Assembly (NCBI GenBank): GCA_947455995.1
Contig: CANGQA010000005.1
Span: forward strand, 1,599-65,598
Reading direction: 5' to 3'
Length of the DNA: 64,000 nucleotides
DNA from: Hyphomicrobiales bacterium
GTDB taxonomy: Bacteria; Pseudomonadota; Alphaproteobacteria; Rhizobiales; Beijerinckiaceae
In this document: one piece after another, positions 1 to 9,908 of the stretch
Layout of the letters: each line of letters starts with the position of its first letter
Numbering within the stretch: the first letter of the stretch is position 1
Notes under the pieces: model-generated
Seen by the model: the letters and a program-made list of their open reading frames with translations, nothing else
Databases searched by the model: none
Told to the model about the DNA's origin: nothing
Program-made: the position numbers and the translations under genes

Positions 1-1
1 G

Positions 2-256
2 TCGGATGCAGCGATTGGCGAGGCCCTGGCACGCTTGTCTCAAGGGCGTACCACTATTCTGATTGCCCATCGGTTCACGACCGTTACACAGGCCGATCAC
101 ATTTATGTGATGGAACAGGGGCATGTGATCGAACACGGCACCCATGTTTCTTTGCTGTCGCAACAAGGCATTTATGCGCGGTTGAACCAGTTGCAATCCA
201 CCACCGCGGGCTTGCCCGACATCCGCAATGCCAGCCTGTCCGAGAGGGCCGTCTGA
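2..256 (+). CDS. ABC exporter ATP-binding domain, C-terminal fragment (5' end outside the window)
   Basis: The frame is open from the window edge to the stop at 254-256. It has an H-loop region (TILIAHRFTTV) and a typical ABC C-terminus (IYVMEQGHVIEHGTH...GIYARL). Confidence 0.8.
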   Translation, partial: SDAAIGEALARLSQGRTTILIAHRFTTVTQADHIYVMEQGHVIEHGTHVSLLSQQGIYARLNQLQSTTAGLPDIRNASLSERAV

Positions 257-2151
257 TGGAGACGACATTCAAATCCGTTATTGTCAGGGTGCATGATCTG
301 GCTATGACCATGCTTGCGGTCATGGCAGCCTTTGCACTGCGTTTCTCAGAAGCGGAACTGACCCGACGTCTGCCCTATATCGGGACGGCACTGCCCTTGG
401 TCGGCATTTATGCTCTGTTCGTCTACAATCTTTGCGGGCTCTATCAAGGCCGCTGGCGTTTTGCCTCTATCCCCGATCTGGTCCAGATCGTGCGGGCCAG
501 CGCCGTGATGGCGCTGTCTATGCTGGTGGCAGATTACGTTCTGATTTCCCAAAATTTTTACGGCACTTTTTTTGTCGGCAAAATGACTATCATGCTCTAT
601 GCGGTTTTACAGGTGATGGCGCTTGGCGGACCACGCATGGCCTATCGCTATTGGCGGCTGCGGCGGGTCACAGGATCGGCAGGACGTGAAACCCGCACTC
701 CTGTGCTGGTGATCGGCAAGCAAAACGAGGCCGACTCCATTTTGCAGGCCATCGAGACCCAAAGCCTGCAAGGGGTTTATGCGCTGGGGATATTGACACC
801 GAAAGAGACCCAACGTGGCGAGACCATCCGAGGGGTCAGGATTTTGGGTTCTGTGGCGGAACTGGATCGGATTGTCGATGATTTTTCTGCTCAAGGCATT
901 AAAGTTGGCCGTCTGATTGCCACCGCTTCCGCATTGGTTCCCGAGGCCGAACCGGAGAGGCTGCTGTCAGCCGGACGGCGACTGGCTTTGCCGATCTGGC
1001 GTCTCCACCAGACTTTGGAAGATGGCGGGAGTGCGTCCCAGTTGGCGCCGATTGACATCGAGGCCTTGCTGCTGCGCGACAGTGTGACCATTGATCGCAA
1101 ACGGCTTGCAGGATTGATTACGGGTCAACGCATTGCCGTGACGGGCGGCGGGGGATCAATCGGCAGTGAGTTGGCCCAGCGGGCGGCTGTTTTAGGGGCA
1201 GCCGAGGTGTTGATTATCGAGAACGCTGAACCGCTTTTGCACCAAGTACTGGAATCTTTTTCGCGTCTGACGATTGCCGGTACGATCAGCGGCGCATTGG
1301 CCGATATCCGTGATCGGGCACGGATGATGCGTGTGCTGGCCGAGTTCAGACCTGATCTGGTGATCCATGCTGCGGCCCTCAAACATGTGCCCTATCTGGA
1401 AGCCGATTGGGGCGAGGCGATCAAAACCAATATTGTCGGCTCGATGAATGTGCTGGATGCGGCTGTGGCTGCTGGAGCCAAATCGGCGGTGATGATTTCA
1501 ACAGACAAGGCGATTGACCCGGTTTCGATCTTGGGGGTGACCAAGCGATTTGCCGAGCTTTATGCGCAATTGCTTGATCAGGAGACACAGGCAACGCGGG
1601 TGATTTCGGTGCGTTTTGGCAATGTGCTGGGCTCGAACGGTTCGGTGATTCCGAAATTCCGCGCCCAGATTGCTGCAGGTGGACCTGTGACTGTCACTGA
1701 TCCCGATATGGTGCGCTATTTCATGACGGTGCGCGAGGCATCCGAGCTGGTATTGTCTGCGGCTTCACATGCTGTGACCAGTGAACGGTCCAAGCAGTCC
1801 CCATCGGTCTATGTGTTGAAAATGGGCCAGCAGGTTCGCATTGTCGATCTGGCCGAGCAGTTGATCCGCCTCTCGGGTTTCGAGCCCTACAAGGATATAG
1901 CGATCAGCTTCACCGGCGTGCGGCCCGGCGAACGCCTGCACGAGATCATGTTTGCCGATCAGGAACAGGCGACCGAAACCGGCATCGAAGGCGTGTTGGC
2001 GGCAGCACCCATGTCATCCTCTCGCACCGAGATTGAGGGATGGGTCGACCGTTTGTTGCATTCCGAGGCTGCACAGGATCGTCTGGCAGCCGAAGGCGTA
2101 TTTGCCGAGGCCGTCCCGAATTTTCATCCTGCGCGTCTTAACGATCAATAG
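256..2151 (+). CDS. Membrane-anchored polysaccharide biosynthesis protein, CapD/WbpM/PglF-type nucleotide-sugar 4,6-dehydratase
   Basis: 631 aa with several N-terminal hydrophobic segments. It carries a Rossmann motif (VTGGGGSIGSEL), an MISTDKA catalytic region and RFGNVLGSNGSV, all typical of this family. Confidence 0.85.
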   Translation: METTFKSVIVRVHDLAMTMLAVMAAFALRFSEAELTRRLPYIGTALPLVGIYALFVYNLCGLYQGRWRFASIPDLVQIVRASAVMALSMLVADYVLISQNFYGTFFVGKMTIMLYAVLQVMALGGPRMAYRYWRLRRVTGSAGRETRTPVLVIGKQNEADSILQAIETQSLQGVYALGILTPKETQRGETIRGVRILGSVAELDRIVDDFSAQGIKVGRLIATASALVPEAEPERLLSAGRRLALPIWRLHQTLEDGGSASQLAPIDIEALLLRDSVTIDRKRLAGLITGQRIAVTGGGGSIGSELAQRAAVLGAAEVLIIENAEPLLHQVLESFSRLTIAGTISGALADIRDRARMMRVLAEFRPDLVIHAAALKHVPYLEADWGEAIKTNIVGSMNVLDAAVAAGAKSAVMISTDKAIDPVSILGVTKRFAELYAQLLDQETQATRVISVRFGNVLGSNGSVIPKFRAQIAAGGPVTVTDPDMVRYFMTVREASELVLSAASHAVTSERSKQSPSVYVLKMGQQVRIVDLAEQLIRLSGFEPYKDIAISFTGVRPGERLHEIMFADQEQATETGIEGVLAAAPMSSSRTEIEGWVDRLLHSEAAQDRLAAEGVFAEAVPNFHPARLNDQ

Positions 2152-3169
2152 GATCTTGTGGCGCCCGCCGGTCACGCTGCATCTCCCTGATCAGGGCGGC
2201 AACACACAGCGCGCCTATCACCAATAAAGCCAGCGCGATAGAAAGCGACTGCCCGTGCGCGGCAAGTGCCAGCCCGGCCAATACCAGATTGGTGATGAGT
2301 ATCCGTGTCACAATCTGCAGTACCGTCAGGCCTTTTGTGGTGGCTTGCTGGTAGAAATGGGTGCGGTGCGCCTCCCAGATTTTTTCTCCCCGCAACGCAC
2401 GGCGCATCATGGTGATGGTGGCGTCAGCGAGATAATAGAGCGGCGGCAAAAGGGCTGAGACCAGCCCGTGTTTGGCCCCGATCCGGTAGAGCAGCCAGCC
2501 TGTCACCAACCCCAACGGCAGTGAGCCGACATCACCCAGAAACAATTTGGCCACCGGACGGTTGAACGGTACGAACCCCAGATAGGACCCGATCAGAATG
2601 GCCGCCAGCACCACCAGGGCTGTTTCATCGGCCCAAAGACTGACCACCAGAACCACGACCCACACCGGTAGCAATTCGGCGGCGGTGATCCAGTCAATTC
2701 CATCCATGAAATTGACCAGATTGACAAACCACAACAGGGCCAACCCCGCCAGCAGCCGCTCAGCCCAGAGCGGCACGGCCTCGGGCAGCAGTCGGATCGT
2801 GTCGGGCATTGATAGGATGATGATTCCGATCACAGCTATTTGCGTGATCAGCCGAGGGATTGTCGGGAGAGGTTTGATATCATCAAGCCCGCCGATGCCC
2901 ATCAGGACCAGCATGCCGATCAGGACCGCAAGGCTTTCGGGTGGCCAGACGATCTTCAAACCCATTGCACAGATGATGGCTGCGCCCATTGCCACGCATA
3001 AAATGGCAAAGCCTCCGCCTTGCGGGGTCGGCACGGCATGGCTGGAGCGTGAATTGGGGCGGGCCAGCGCATAGCGCAAAAACAGCGGCATCAAGGCGCG
3101 GCACAGCCAGAAGGCGGGAAGGGCGGTGGCAATGACCAGCAGTACGGCGATCAGAGAAGGGTAGGTCAA
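2138..3169 (-). CDS. Polyprenyl-phosphate HexNAc-1-phosphate transferase (MraY/WecA/WbpL family)
   Basis: A multi-TM protein with [21 protein letters not shown] and [10 protein letters not shown] motifs. I place the start at the TTG at 3167-3169 ([12 protein letters not shown]...). The Pro-rich upstream 137 aa of the track ORF overlaps the divergent gene region and looks non-coding. Confidence 0.8.
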   Translation of the reverse strand: MTYPSLIAVLLVIATALPAFWLCRALMPLFLRYALARPNSRSSHAVPTPQGGGFAILCVAMGAAIICAMGLKIVWPPESLAVLIGMLVLMGIGGLDDIKPLPTIPRLITQIAVIGIIILSMPDTIRLLPEAVPLWAERLLAGLALLWFVNLVNFMDGIDWITAAELLPVWVVVLVVSLWADETALVVLAAILIGSYLGFVPFNRPVAKLFLGDVGSLPLGLVTGWLLYRIGAKHGLVSALLPPLYYLADATITMMRRALRGEKIWEAHRTHFYQQATTKGLTVLQIVTRILITNLVLAGLALAAHGQSLSIALALLVIGALCVAALIREMQRDRRAPQDPIDR

Positions 3170-3246
3170 GTGGGGACGATCCTTGCGGCAAGAAGATAAT
3201 GATTGTTTTTCTTTTACTGCCATTAGAGATTGGAGCAAACAGGGAG

Positions 3247-4431
3247 ATGGATGCTGGCTCGAGAGTGATTCTGGATGGGAGCGGGTCCAAAAAGGGTCTA
3301 TCGACGGCAAAGGGTGCAGGGAGAACGGGCGTGGCCGATATTGATGCGGTGGTGATTGGTGCGGGAGTGGTGGGTTTGGCGGTGGCGCGGGCCATCGCGC
3401 TGACGGGGCGGTCGGTGGTGGTGGTCGAACAGGCCGAAGGCATCGGGACGGAAACCTCGTCACGTAATTCCGAGGTGATCCATGCCGGGCTTTATTACCC
3501 TGAAGGCAGTTTGAAAGCCCGTTTATGCGTGGCGGGCCGGAAGATGCTTTATCCGTTTCTCGAAAGCCATGGCGTGCCATTCCGGCGATGCGGCAAGCTG
3601 GTTGTGGCCACCGACGAGGCCGAAATGGCTGCCATCGAAGGTGTGGCCCGCAAGGGGGCCATCAATGGCTGCGATGATTTGCATATGATCACTGGCGCCC
3701 AAGCCATGGCGCTCGAGCCCTCGCTGTTTTGCGTCGGTGCGCTGGTGTCGCCATCTACCGGCATTCTCGACAGTCATGCCTATATGCTGGCTTTGCAGGG
3801 TGATGCGGAAGCAGCAGGTGCATCGTTGGCCTTTCATACCCCGTTTTTGCGGGCTGAACTTGGCGGCAATATCATCACGATTGACTGTGGCGGGGCGGAG
3901 CCTTTTTCACTGACAACCCGCTGCCTGATCAATTGTGCAGGTCTGCACGCCAGCACTGTCGCCCATAAAATGGAGGGATTGGCGGAAGGCTTTATTCCCC
4001 CGACCAATTATGCGCGTGGCAATTATTTCGTGCTGTCGGGCCGGGCCCCGTTCACACATCTGATCTATCCTGCCCCGCATGCGCACGGTCTGGGTGTTCA
4101 TCTGACGCTCGATTTGGGTGGACAGGCCCGATTTGGCCCCGATGTCGAATGGATCGATGTCATTGATTATGAGGTCGATCCGCGCCGTCTCGAAGGTTTT
4201 GACGAGGCTATCCGCCGCTATTGGCCGGCTTTACCGCCCGACAGCCTGAGCGCGGGTTATGCAGGTATAAGGCCCAAAATTTGTGGTCCCGATGATCCGG
4301 CTCCCGATTTCCGGATCGATGGCCCGCGGGAGCATGGCGTGCCGGGACTGGTCAATCTGTTTGGTATCGAAAGTCCTGGCCTGACGGCCTCTCTGGCTAT
4401 TGCCGACGAGGTCGTGGGGCATTTGGGGTAA
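3247..4431 (+). CDS. FAD-dependent oxidoreductase, DAO/L-2-hydroxyglutarate oxidase (LhgO)-like
   Basis: It has an N-terminal dinucleotide fold ([17 protein letters not shown]) and a C-terminal [14 protein letters not shown] motif. A GGGAG Shine-Dalgarno precedes the ATG at 3247. Confidence 0.75.
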   Translation: MDAGSRVILDGSGSKKGLSTAKGAGRTGVADIDAVVIGAGVVGLAVARAIALTGRSVVVVEQAEGIGTETSSRNSEVIHAGLYYPEGSLKARLCVAGRKMLYPFLESHGVPFRRCGKLVVATDEAEMAAIEGVARKGAINGCDDLHMITGAQAMALEPSLFCVGALVSPSTGILDSHAYMLALQGDAEAAGASLAFHTPFLRAELGGNIITIDCGGAEPFSLTTRCLINCAGLHASTVAHKMEGLAEGFIPPTNYARGNYFVLSGRAPFTHLIYPAPHAHGLGVHLTLDLGGQARFGPDVEWIDVIDYEVDPRRLEGFDEAIRRYWPALPPDSLSAGYAGIRPKICGPDDPAPDFRIDGPREHGVPGLVNLFGIESPGLTASLAIADEVVGHLG

Positions 4432-4606
4432 GGGTTGCGCGTGGTTTGACCTGTCAAACAGGGCTTTGTGAAAATTCTTTAAATCGCACCGATTTACACA
4501 AAAGCACTTGCGTCTTTGGCGGCCTCGGTGCATCCCTAAAGTATTGGCCTGTTGGCGCAGGGCAATCCTTCACCACACGGATCTGCAAAACTCAGAGAGA
4601 AACGCG

Positions 4607-5731
4607 ATGACCGAACAGGCTCCACGCGTGATTGCTGATGAGACCATCAGCGCGGCGCGCACGAAGAAAATCATCTGTGCCATTACCGGCCGTGAATTGC
4701 CGCGCAAGCGGCTGGTTGTTGTTGATTCCCTGCGGCCGACCTTACTCGACCGTATCCGTGAGGATTATCCTAACCTGCCGGATGATGGCTATATCGATCT
4801 GACCGAGGTCGAGCGTTACCGCACGATTTATGTCGAGGAGATGCTTAAGCTCGAACATGGCGAATTGTCCGTGCTTGATCAGCAGGTGGCCGACTCCATG
4901 GCCCATCATGAGACGGTCGTGGAAAATATCGAGGATGAATTCGAGGAGCAACGCAGCTTCGGCGAGCGTGTGTCCGATCATCTGGCATCCTTTGGTGGGT
5001 CATGGGCCTTTCTGATCAGCTTTTTTGGCGTGCTGGTTCTTTGGATGGGCGTGAATGTGGTTCTGGGCGATGAAAAGGCGTTTGATACCTATCCGTTCAT
5101 TCTGCTCAATCTTGTCCTGTCCTGCATCGCCGCCATTCAGGCACCCATCATCATGATGAGCCAGAAGCGGCAAGAGGCCAAGGATCGCTTGCGTGCGCTC
5201 AATGATTATAAGGTCAATCTGAAGGCCGAACTTGAAATTCGTCATGTTCAGGAAAAGCTTGATTATCTGTTGACCAAGCAATGGCAACGTTTGGCCGAAA
5301 TGCAGCAGATGCAGATGGAGCTGATGCAGGAAAACGTCATGCGGCTGCGGGTTGCGGCGCGGCGTAACAAAGTGCCGAAACGCAAAGTTGCCAAAGTCAA
5401 AGCAGTGGCTTTGCCTTTGGGGGATAATGGTGTTGAGGCGGTGATGAGCGGCGAGAAATTCGTCAAAACCGTTGCGAAGGCCGTGGCCAAGACCGCTGCC
5501 AAGACCGCCAAGAAAAAGGCCGCGCGCTCGGCCGAGGAAGCAGCTTCAACAGGGCCTGTTGAAACTCTGTTCGATGCGGTTGAGGTCGAACAAAACCCTC
5601 CACTGACTGCGGAAGCGATCCAGACCGCGCCCGTTAAAGCAGCGCCAGCAAAATCGGCTGCCAGCAAGCAGCTTGGTGCCAAGACATCAAGGGCTGCAGC
5701 CAATAAAAAGAAAGAGGATCAACCGGATTGA
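4607..5731 (+). CDS. DUF1003-type membrane protein with a Lys/Ala-rich C-terminal tail
   Basis: The core FGGSWAFLISFFGVLVLWMGVNVVL...YPFILLNLVLSCIAAIQAPIIMMSQKRQ matches the DUF1003 architecture. A coiled-coil region follows, then an AK-rich tail (KTVAKAVAKTAAKTAKKKAA...). The stop overlaps the next gene's start (TTGA). Confidence 0.7.
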   Translation: MTEQAPRVIADETISAARTKKIICAITGRELPRKRLVVVDSLRPTLLDRIREDYPNLPDDGYIDLTEVERYRTIYVEEMLKLEHGELSVLDQQVADSMAHHETVVENIEDEFEEQRSFGERVSDHLASFGGSWAFLISFFGVLVLWMGVNVVLGDEKAFDTYPFILLNLVLSCIAAIQAPIIMMSQKRQEAKDRLRALNDYKVNLKAELEIRHVQEKLDYLLTKQWQRLAEMQQMQMELMQENVMRLRVAARRNKVPKRKVAKVKAVALPLGDNGVEAVMSGEKFVKTVAKAVAKTAAKTAKKKAARSAEEAASTGPVETLFDAVEVEQNPPLTAEAIQTAPVKAAPAKSAASKQLGAKTSRAAANKKKEDQPD

Positions 5732-6864
5732 TCCTGATCCTGACACAGTGTTTTCCTCCTGATATGGGGGGAATTGAAAATTTGATGGGTGGGTTGGTTT
5801 CGGCACTCAGGGCCGAAGGCCGGAAGGTGCACGTGCTTGCCGATCGTGCGCGCGGGAAGGGCCAAATCGAAACGGTCCCTGACTATCCGCTGGAGCGGTT
5901 TGGCGGTCCGCGACCGTTGCGACGTTGGCTCAAGATGCGCAGGGCCAAGGCATTGCTTGGCTCGGGTACAATTACGGCCGTTTTCGCCGATTCCTATAAA
6001 AGCATTGAATATTTGCCCCCGCTACACATACCGGTTGTGGTGCTGGCACATGGTATGGAATTTCCGCAGAACCCTTCGGCCCGCAAGCACAAGCGCATTG
6101 CCGCATCTTTTGCCAAGGCCTCGACGGTGATCGCCAGTTCGAACTTTACCGCACGCCTGCTTGGCAATTATCTGTCCCCCGCCAATCATCCTGTCGTGAT
6201 CAATCCGCCGATCGGCCCACAGCCTGCCGCCTCTGGCGCAATGCGGACCAGATTGGCCGACTGGCTTGGTGGCCACACACCCGTTCTGCTGACCCTGTCC
6301 CGGCTGGAGCCCCGCAAAGGGATCGACCAGGTGATCCGTGCTTTACCCGATCTGCTGCCCCGGCATCCCGGTCTGGTCTATCTGGTGGCCGGCGGCGGCG
6401 ATGATGCCGATCGTCTAAAACAGCTCGTCAGCGCACTGGATCTGGCTGACCATGTGCGCTTTATGGGCCGTGTGGATGACGATATGAAGGCGGCTTTGTT
6501 CGAGCGGGCCACGGTGTTTGCGATGCCGGTGCGGCGAGAGGGATCTTCGGTCGAAGGGTTCGGAATCAGCTATTGTGAGGCTGCTTGGTATGGTGTGCCT
6601 TCGCTTGCGGGTTCGGACGGCGGGGCCGTCGATGCTGTGCATGACGGGGTGACGGGCCTTGTCTGCGACGGTGCAAACCCGCATTCTGTATCGCAAGCTC
6701 TGGCCAATTTTCTCGGGGATGATGAATTGCGCCAGCGTCTCGGTGTGGCCGCTCGCCAACGTGCACATGGGGAATTGCAATTTAGCCGGTCTATCAAGAC
6801 CTATATCGGCTTTTTGGAAGTCTCTTGTGACCCCCAATCGGGTCTGGAATCTGATCAGGGTTGA
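5728..6864 (+). CDS. Glycosyltransferase, GT-B fold (Pfam Glycos_transf_1 / CAZy GT4-like)
   Basis: The EGFGISYCEAAWYGVPSLAGSDGGAVDAVHDGVTGLV region is the typical E-X7-E retaining-GT signature. The gene is coupled to the upstream DUF1003 gene. Confidence 0.85.
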   Translation: MILILTQCFPPDMGGIENLMGGLVSALRAEGRKVHVLADRARGKGQIETVPDYPLERFGGPRPLRRWLKMRRAKALLGSGTITAVFADSYKSIEYLPPLHIPVVVLAHGMEFPQNPSARKHKRIAASFAKASTVIASSNFTARLLGNYLSPANHPVVINPPIGPQPAASGAMRTRLADWLGGHTPVLLTLSRLEPRKGIDQVIRALPDLLPRHPGLVYLVAGGGDDADRLKQLVSALDLADHVRFMGRVDDDMKAALFERATVFAMPVRREGSSVEGFGISYCEAAWYGVPSLAGSDGGAVDAVHDGVTGLVCDGANPHSVSQALANFLGDDELRQRLGVAARQRAHGELQFSRSIKTYIGFLEVSCDPQSGLESDQG

Positions 6865-6871
6865 TGCTGTT

Positions 6872-7633
6872 ATGGGATTTTCGTGCTTTATCATCACCAG
6901 AAACGAAGCCCGTAAATTACGGGCGGTGATCGAATCGGTGCGTGATCTGGCCGATGAAGTGATCGTGATCGATTCCGGCTCCGATGATGACACCGTGCTG
7001 ATCGCGGAGACGGCAGGTGCGCGGGTCATCCATCATGACTGGCCTGGTTTTGGACCACAAAAGCGGTTCGGCGAGGACCAGTGCCGCAATGACTGGGTGT
7101 TGAATCTGGATGGCGATGAGGTCCTTTCGGAGGAATTAAGGGCGGAAATACGCGCTTTGTTTGCCGCCGGTACACCCCCTGTGCCGTGCTATTGGCTCAG
7201 GATTACTGCCGTGCCGCCGTTTGGTGACGGCAAGCCTTGGCGGTTCAACCGCATTGACAGGATCAGGCTCTATAATCGCCAGATCGTCCGCTTTCCCGAC
7301 CACGCGACATGGGATGCGATTGCGGCCCCCAAAAATATCCCAGTCGTCCGTTTCAAGGGATTGGTGCTTCATTACTGGATGCAGGATTTTGCGCATCAGC
7401 TCGACAAGATGAATCGCTATACCACCGCTTTGGCCAACACTGTGCCAAAAAAATCGATGACGAGCCTGACCTTCCGGCTGTTTTTCGGATTTCCGTTTGA
7501 TTTCCTGCGGGCCTATCTTTTGCGCGGCCATATAGCAGGGGGGCGTTACGGTTTTGCCGTGGCCATGCTCTATGCTTTTACCCGATTGATGCGCACTGTG
7601 AAGATGATGGAACGGCAATGGATGAAAACGTGA
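6872..7633 (+). CDS. Glycosyltransferase family 2 (LPS core/O-chain type)
   Basis: It carries FIITRNEARKL..., VIVIDSGSDDDT and LNLDGDE (DXD). The start is the ATG at 6872, 8 nt after the GT1 stop. Confidence 0.8.
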   Translation: MGFSCFIITRNEARKLRAVIESVRDLADEVIVIDSGSDDDTVLIAETAGARVIHHDWPGFGPQKRFGEDQCRNDWVLNLDGDEVLSEELRAEIRALFAAGTPPVPCYWLRITAVPPFGDGKPWRFNRIDRIRLYNRQIVRFPDHATWDAIAAPKNIPVVRFKGLVLHYWMQDFAHQLDKMNRYTTALANTVPKKSMTSLTFRLFFGFPFDFLRAYLLRGHIAGGRYGFAVAMLYAFTRLMRTVKMMERQWMKT

Positions 7634-8862
7634 CCCCGCTGGGCGAACGCGGCCACATGGTGCGCCGGTTCTGGTCAGTCGACATGCTGAAATCGGTGCT
7701 GCCGGATGTGTTCTGGTTCGCACTGTTTCCAATATGTCTGCTTGCTTATCGTGCCACAGTGCCTTTGGCAGGGGGCTATGTGTTGATTCTTGTTTGGCAA
7801 CACGGCGTAAGGGGCAGTCTCAATGCCTGCCGCAGCACGCTGGCATCAACGCCCTTGCTGGTGTGGCTTTGCGTGGCGCTGGGCGTTGTCTCGTTGGGAT
7901 GGACCGCCGATCCTGTGGTTGCCGCCAAGGTCATGGGCGCGGAGGTGATGACTGTGGCCGTATTGGCCTTCCTCCTGCTGGCGCTTGTCGGCCAGGAAAC
8001 AGGCAGGCTTTCCGCTCAGTGGCTTTCAGGTGCGCTGATTCTGACCAGCATTTTACTGATAATCGAATTGCGCACCGGCATGATTTTGCATGGCACTCTA
8101 GGATTGCTGCAAAAAGCCGCGCGGCTCAACCAGAGCGTGATGATCGTGTCATTGGCGGTGTTTCCTGTGCTTTATCTGCTGAGGGCTCAACCTTGGCTGG
8201 CTTTGCTAACGGCTTTGGTGGTGGCTGTCATGGTGGCGGTATCAACCAAATCGGCCGCAAAGCTTGGATTGCCCATCGCCGCTATCGGCTTCGGTTTTTA
8301 TTATGCCTGGCCCGTTCTAACCCGCTGGCTGGTGTTTGTTTCGGGCGTATTTGCCACCCTGACATCGCCATGGTGGGGGGTAACCATATTCGATTTCGTA
8401 ACACGGCTTGAGGCTGCGGGCTTGCTGAAACCCTCGGCAACCGACCGCTTGCCGATATTGAAAAGTTTTGGTGCTGCCGTGCTGCAATCGCCCTTGATAG
8501 GTTATGGTTTCAATGGCTCGTACAGCATGATCGGTGATCCGCGCTTCCCAGAATCTTTGGGCGAAATGCGCTATGGTTTTATGCAGGGTCATCCACATAA
8601 TCTTTTCCTGCAGATTTTTGTGGAAACAGGGCTTTTGGGCTGCGCGTTGTTTCTGGGCCTCTTGTGGCTCTTGCTGGGTGCGATTGCGCGGCTTGATCGT
8701 GGTTTGAGAAGTGCGGCCGGAGCTTTCCTGATCTTCAATCTGACTGTGCTGGCTGTCAGTCATGGAGCATGGCAGGCTTGGTGGTGGGCCGCTGATCTGT
8801 TGGCGGTTTTGTTGTTTGTGGCGCAAGCCCGGCTTGCGCATAACGGGGGAAATCGGGGATGA
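7618..8862 (+). CDS. O-antigen ligase / Wzy_C family membrane protein
   Basis: About 10 TM segments with the periplasmic-loop motif QGHPHNLFLQIFVETGLLG. It overlaps the GT2 stop. The exact start is uncertain (7618 or 7657). Confidence 0.75.
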   Translation: MDENVTPLGERGHMVRRFWSVDMLKSVLPDVFWFALFPICLLAYRATVPLAGGYVLILVWQHGVRGSLNACRSTLASTPLLVWLCVALGVVSLGWTADPVVAAKVMGAEVMTVAVLAFLLLALVGQETGRLSAQWLSGALILTSILLIIELRTGMILHGTLGLLQKAARLNQSVMIVSLAVFPVLYLLRAQPWLALLTALVVAVMVAVSTKSAAKLGLPIAAIGFGFYYAWPVLTRWLVFVSGVFATLTSPWWGVTIFDFVTRLEAAGLLKPSATDRLPILKSFGAAVLQSPLIGYGFNGSYSMIGDPRFPESLGEMRYGFMQGHPHNLFLQIFVETGLLGCALFLGLLWLLLGAIARLDRGLRSAAGAFLIFNLTVLAVSHGAWQAWWWAADLLAVLLFVAQARLAHNGGNRG

Positions 8863-9857
8863 CACATCCTGTTCTGGTCGAAGTGATGCGTGGCGATGTC
8901 GTAGAAAGCCGCCATCGAGGCTCTGTTCTGGTCGTCGATGGTGACGGCAAGGATGTTTTTGCCCGCGGGGATGTTGATGCCCCGATTTTTCCGCGCTCGG
9001 CAGTGAAGGCTATCCAGGCACTGCCGCTGTTTGAAAGCGGTGCGGTGGATCGTTTCGGCCTGACGGAGGCCGAAATTGCGCTGACGGTGTCCTCGCACTC
9101 TGGCGAGATGCTTCATGCGCAAACGTCCGCTTCAATTCTGCACAAGGCTGGCCAAACGTCCTCTTGCCTTGAATGTGGCGCGCAATGGCCGATGGGTGAG
9201 GCTGCTACGCGCGATCTTGCCGCGACCGGGGGCAAGCCCTCAGCGTTGCATAACAATTGTTCGGGCAAACATGCGGGCTTTATCTGTGTCGCATGCCATT
9301 TGGATACCGATCCTAAGAACTATGTCAAAGCCGACCATGAGGTGCAAAAACGCATCAAGATGGCACTCGGTGAAATGACTGGTGCGACTTTGGGCGATGA
9401 TGTTTGCGGCACCGATGGTTGCTCCATTCCAACCTATGCGATGCCTTTACGCGGACTTGCGACAGCATTCGCGCGGATCGGCACCGGGCATGGTCTGGAT
9501 TCCGGGCGCGCAAAAGCCTTTGCCCGGATGCGCAAGGCCGTGGCAGCGCATCCGTTTATGGTGGCCGGCACGGGCCGGTTCGATACCGAGGCGATGACGC
9601 TTCTGGGCAACAAGCTGTTTTGCAAAACAGGTGCCGAAGGGGTCTATTGCGCCTCTCTGCCCGAACAGGGGTTGGGGATTGCCCTGAAATGCGATGACGG
9701 CAACGGGCGCGGGGCACAGGTCATGATGGCCGCGCTGATCCAGAAATTCTTACCGATGTCGGACGCGCAAAAGCAGACTTTTGCACCCTTGCTGACACCG
9801 ACTTTGAAAAACTGGAACGGCATTACGGTCGGTTCGTTGCGGCCTGTCGGTTTCTGA
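8859..9857 (+). CDS. Asparaginase II family (Rhizobium-type L-asparaginase, PF06089-like) protein
   Basis: It has VVESRHRGS, PRSAVKAIQALPL, SHSGE and NNCSGKHAGF motifs. Its ATG overlaps the ligase stop (ATGA). Confidence 0.7.
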   Translation: MTHPVLVEVMRGDVVESRHRGSVLVVDGDGKDVFARGDVDAPIFPRSAVKAIQALPLFESGAVDRFGLTEAEIALTVSSHSGEMLHAQTSASILHKAGQTSSCLECGAQWPMGEAATRDLAATGGKPSALHNNCSGKHAGFICVACHLDTDPKNYVKADHEVQKRIKMALGEMTGATLGDDVCGTDGCSIPTYAMPLRGLATAFARIGTGHGLDSGRAKAFARMRKAVAAHPFMVAGTGRFDTEAMTLLGNKLFCKTGAEGVYCASLPEQGLGIALKCDDGNGRGAQVMMAALIQKFLPMSDAQKQTFAPLLTPTLKNWNGITVGSLRPVGF

Positions 9858-9908
9858 CCGGTTCTGGAATGCCTCCCCCCCCCATGGTGTCCAGAGGTGG
9901 GGGGGAGA

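Noticed and set aside
3170-3580. A Pro-rich 137-aa N-terminal extension of the WbpL-like ORF in the six-frame track.
   Set aside because: It overlaps the divergent promoter and the 5' end of the FAD oxidoreductase gene. It has non-protein-like composition ([20 protein letters not shown]). The transferase family starts at the hydrophobic segment reached from the TTG at 3169.
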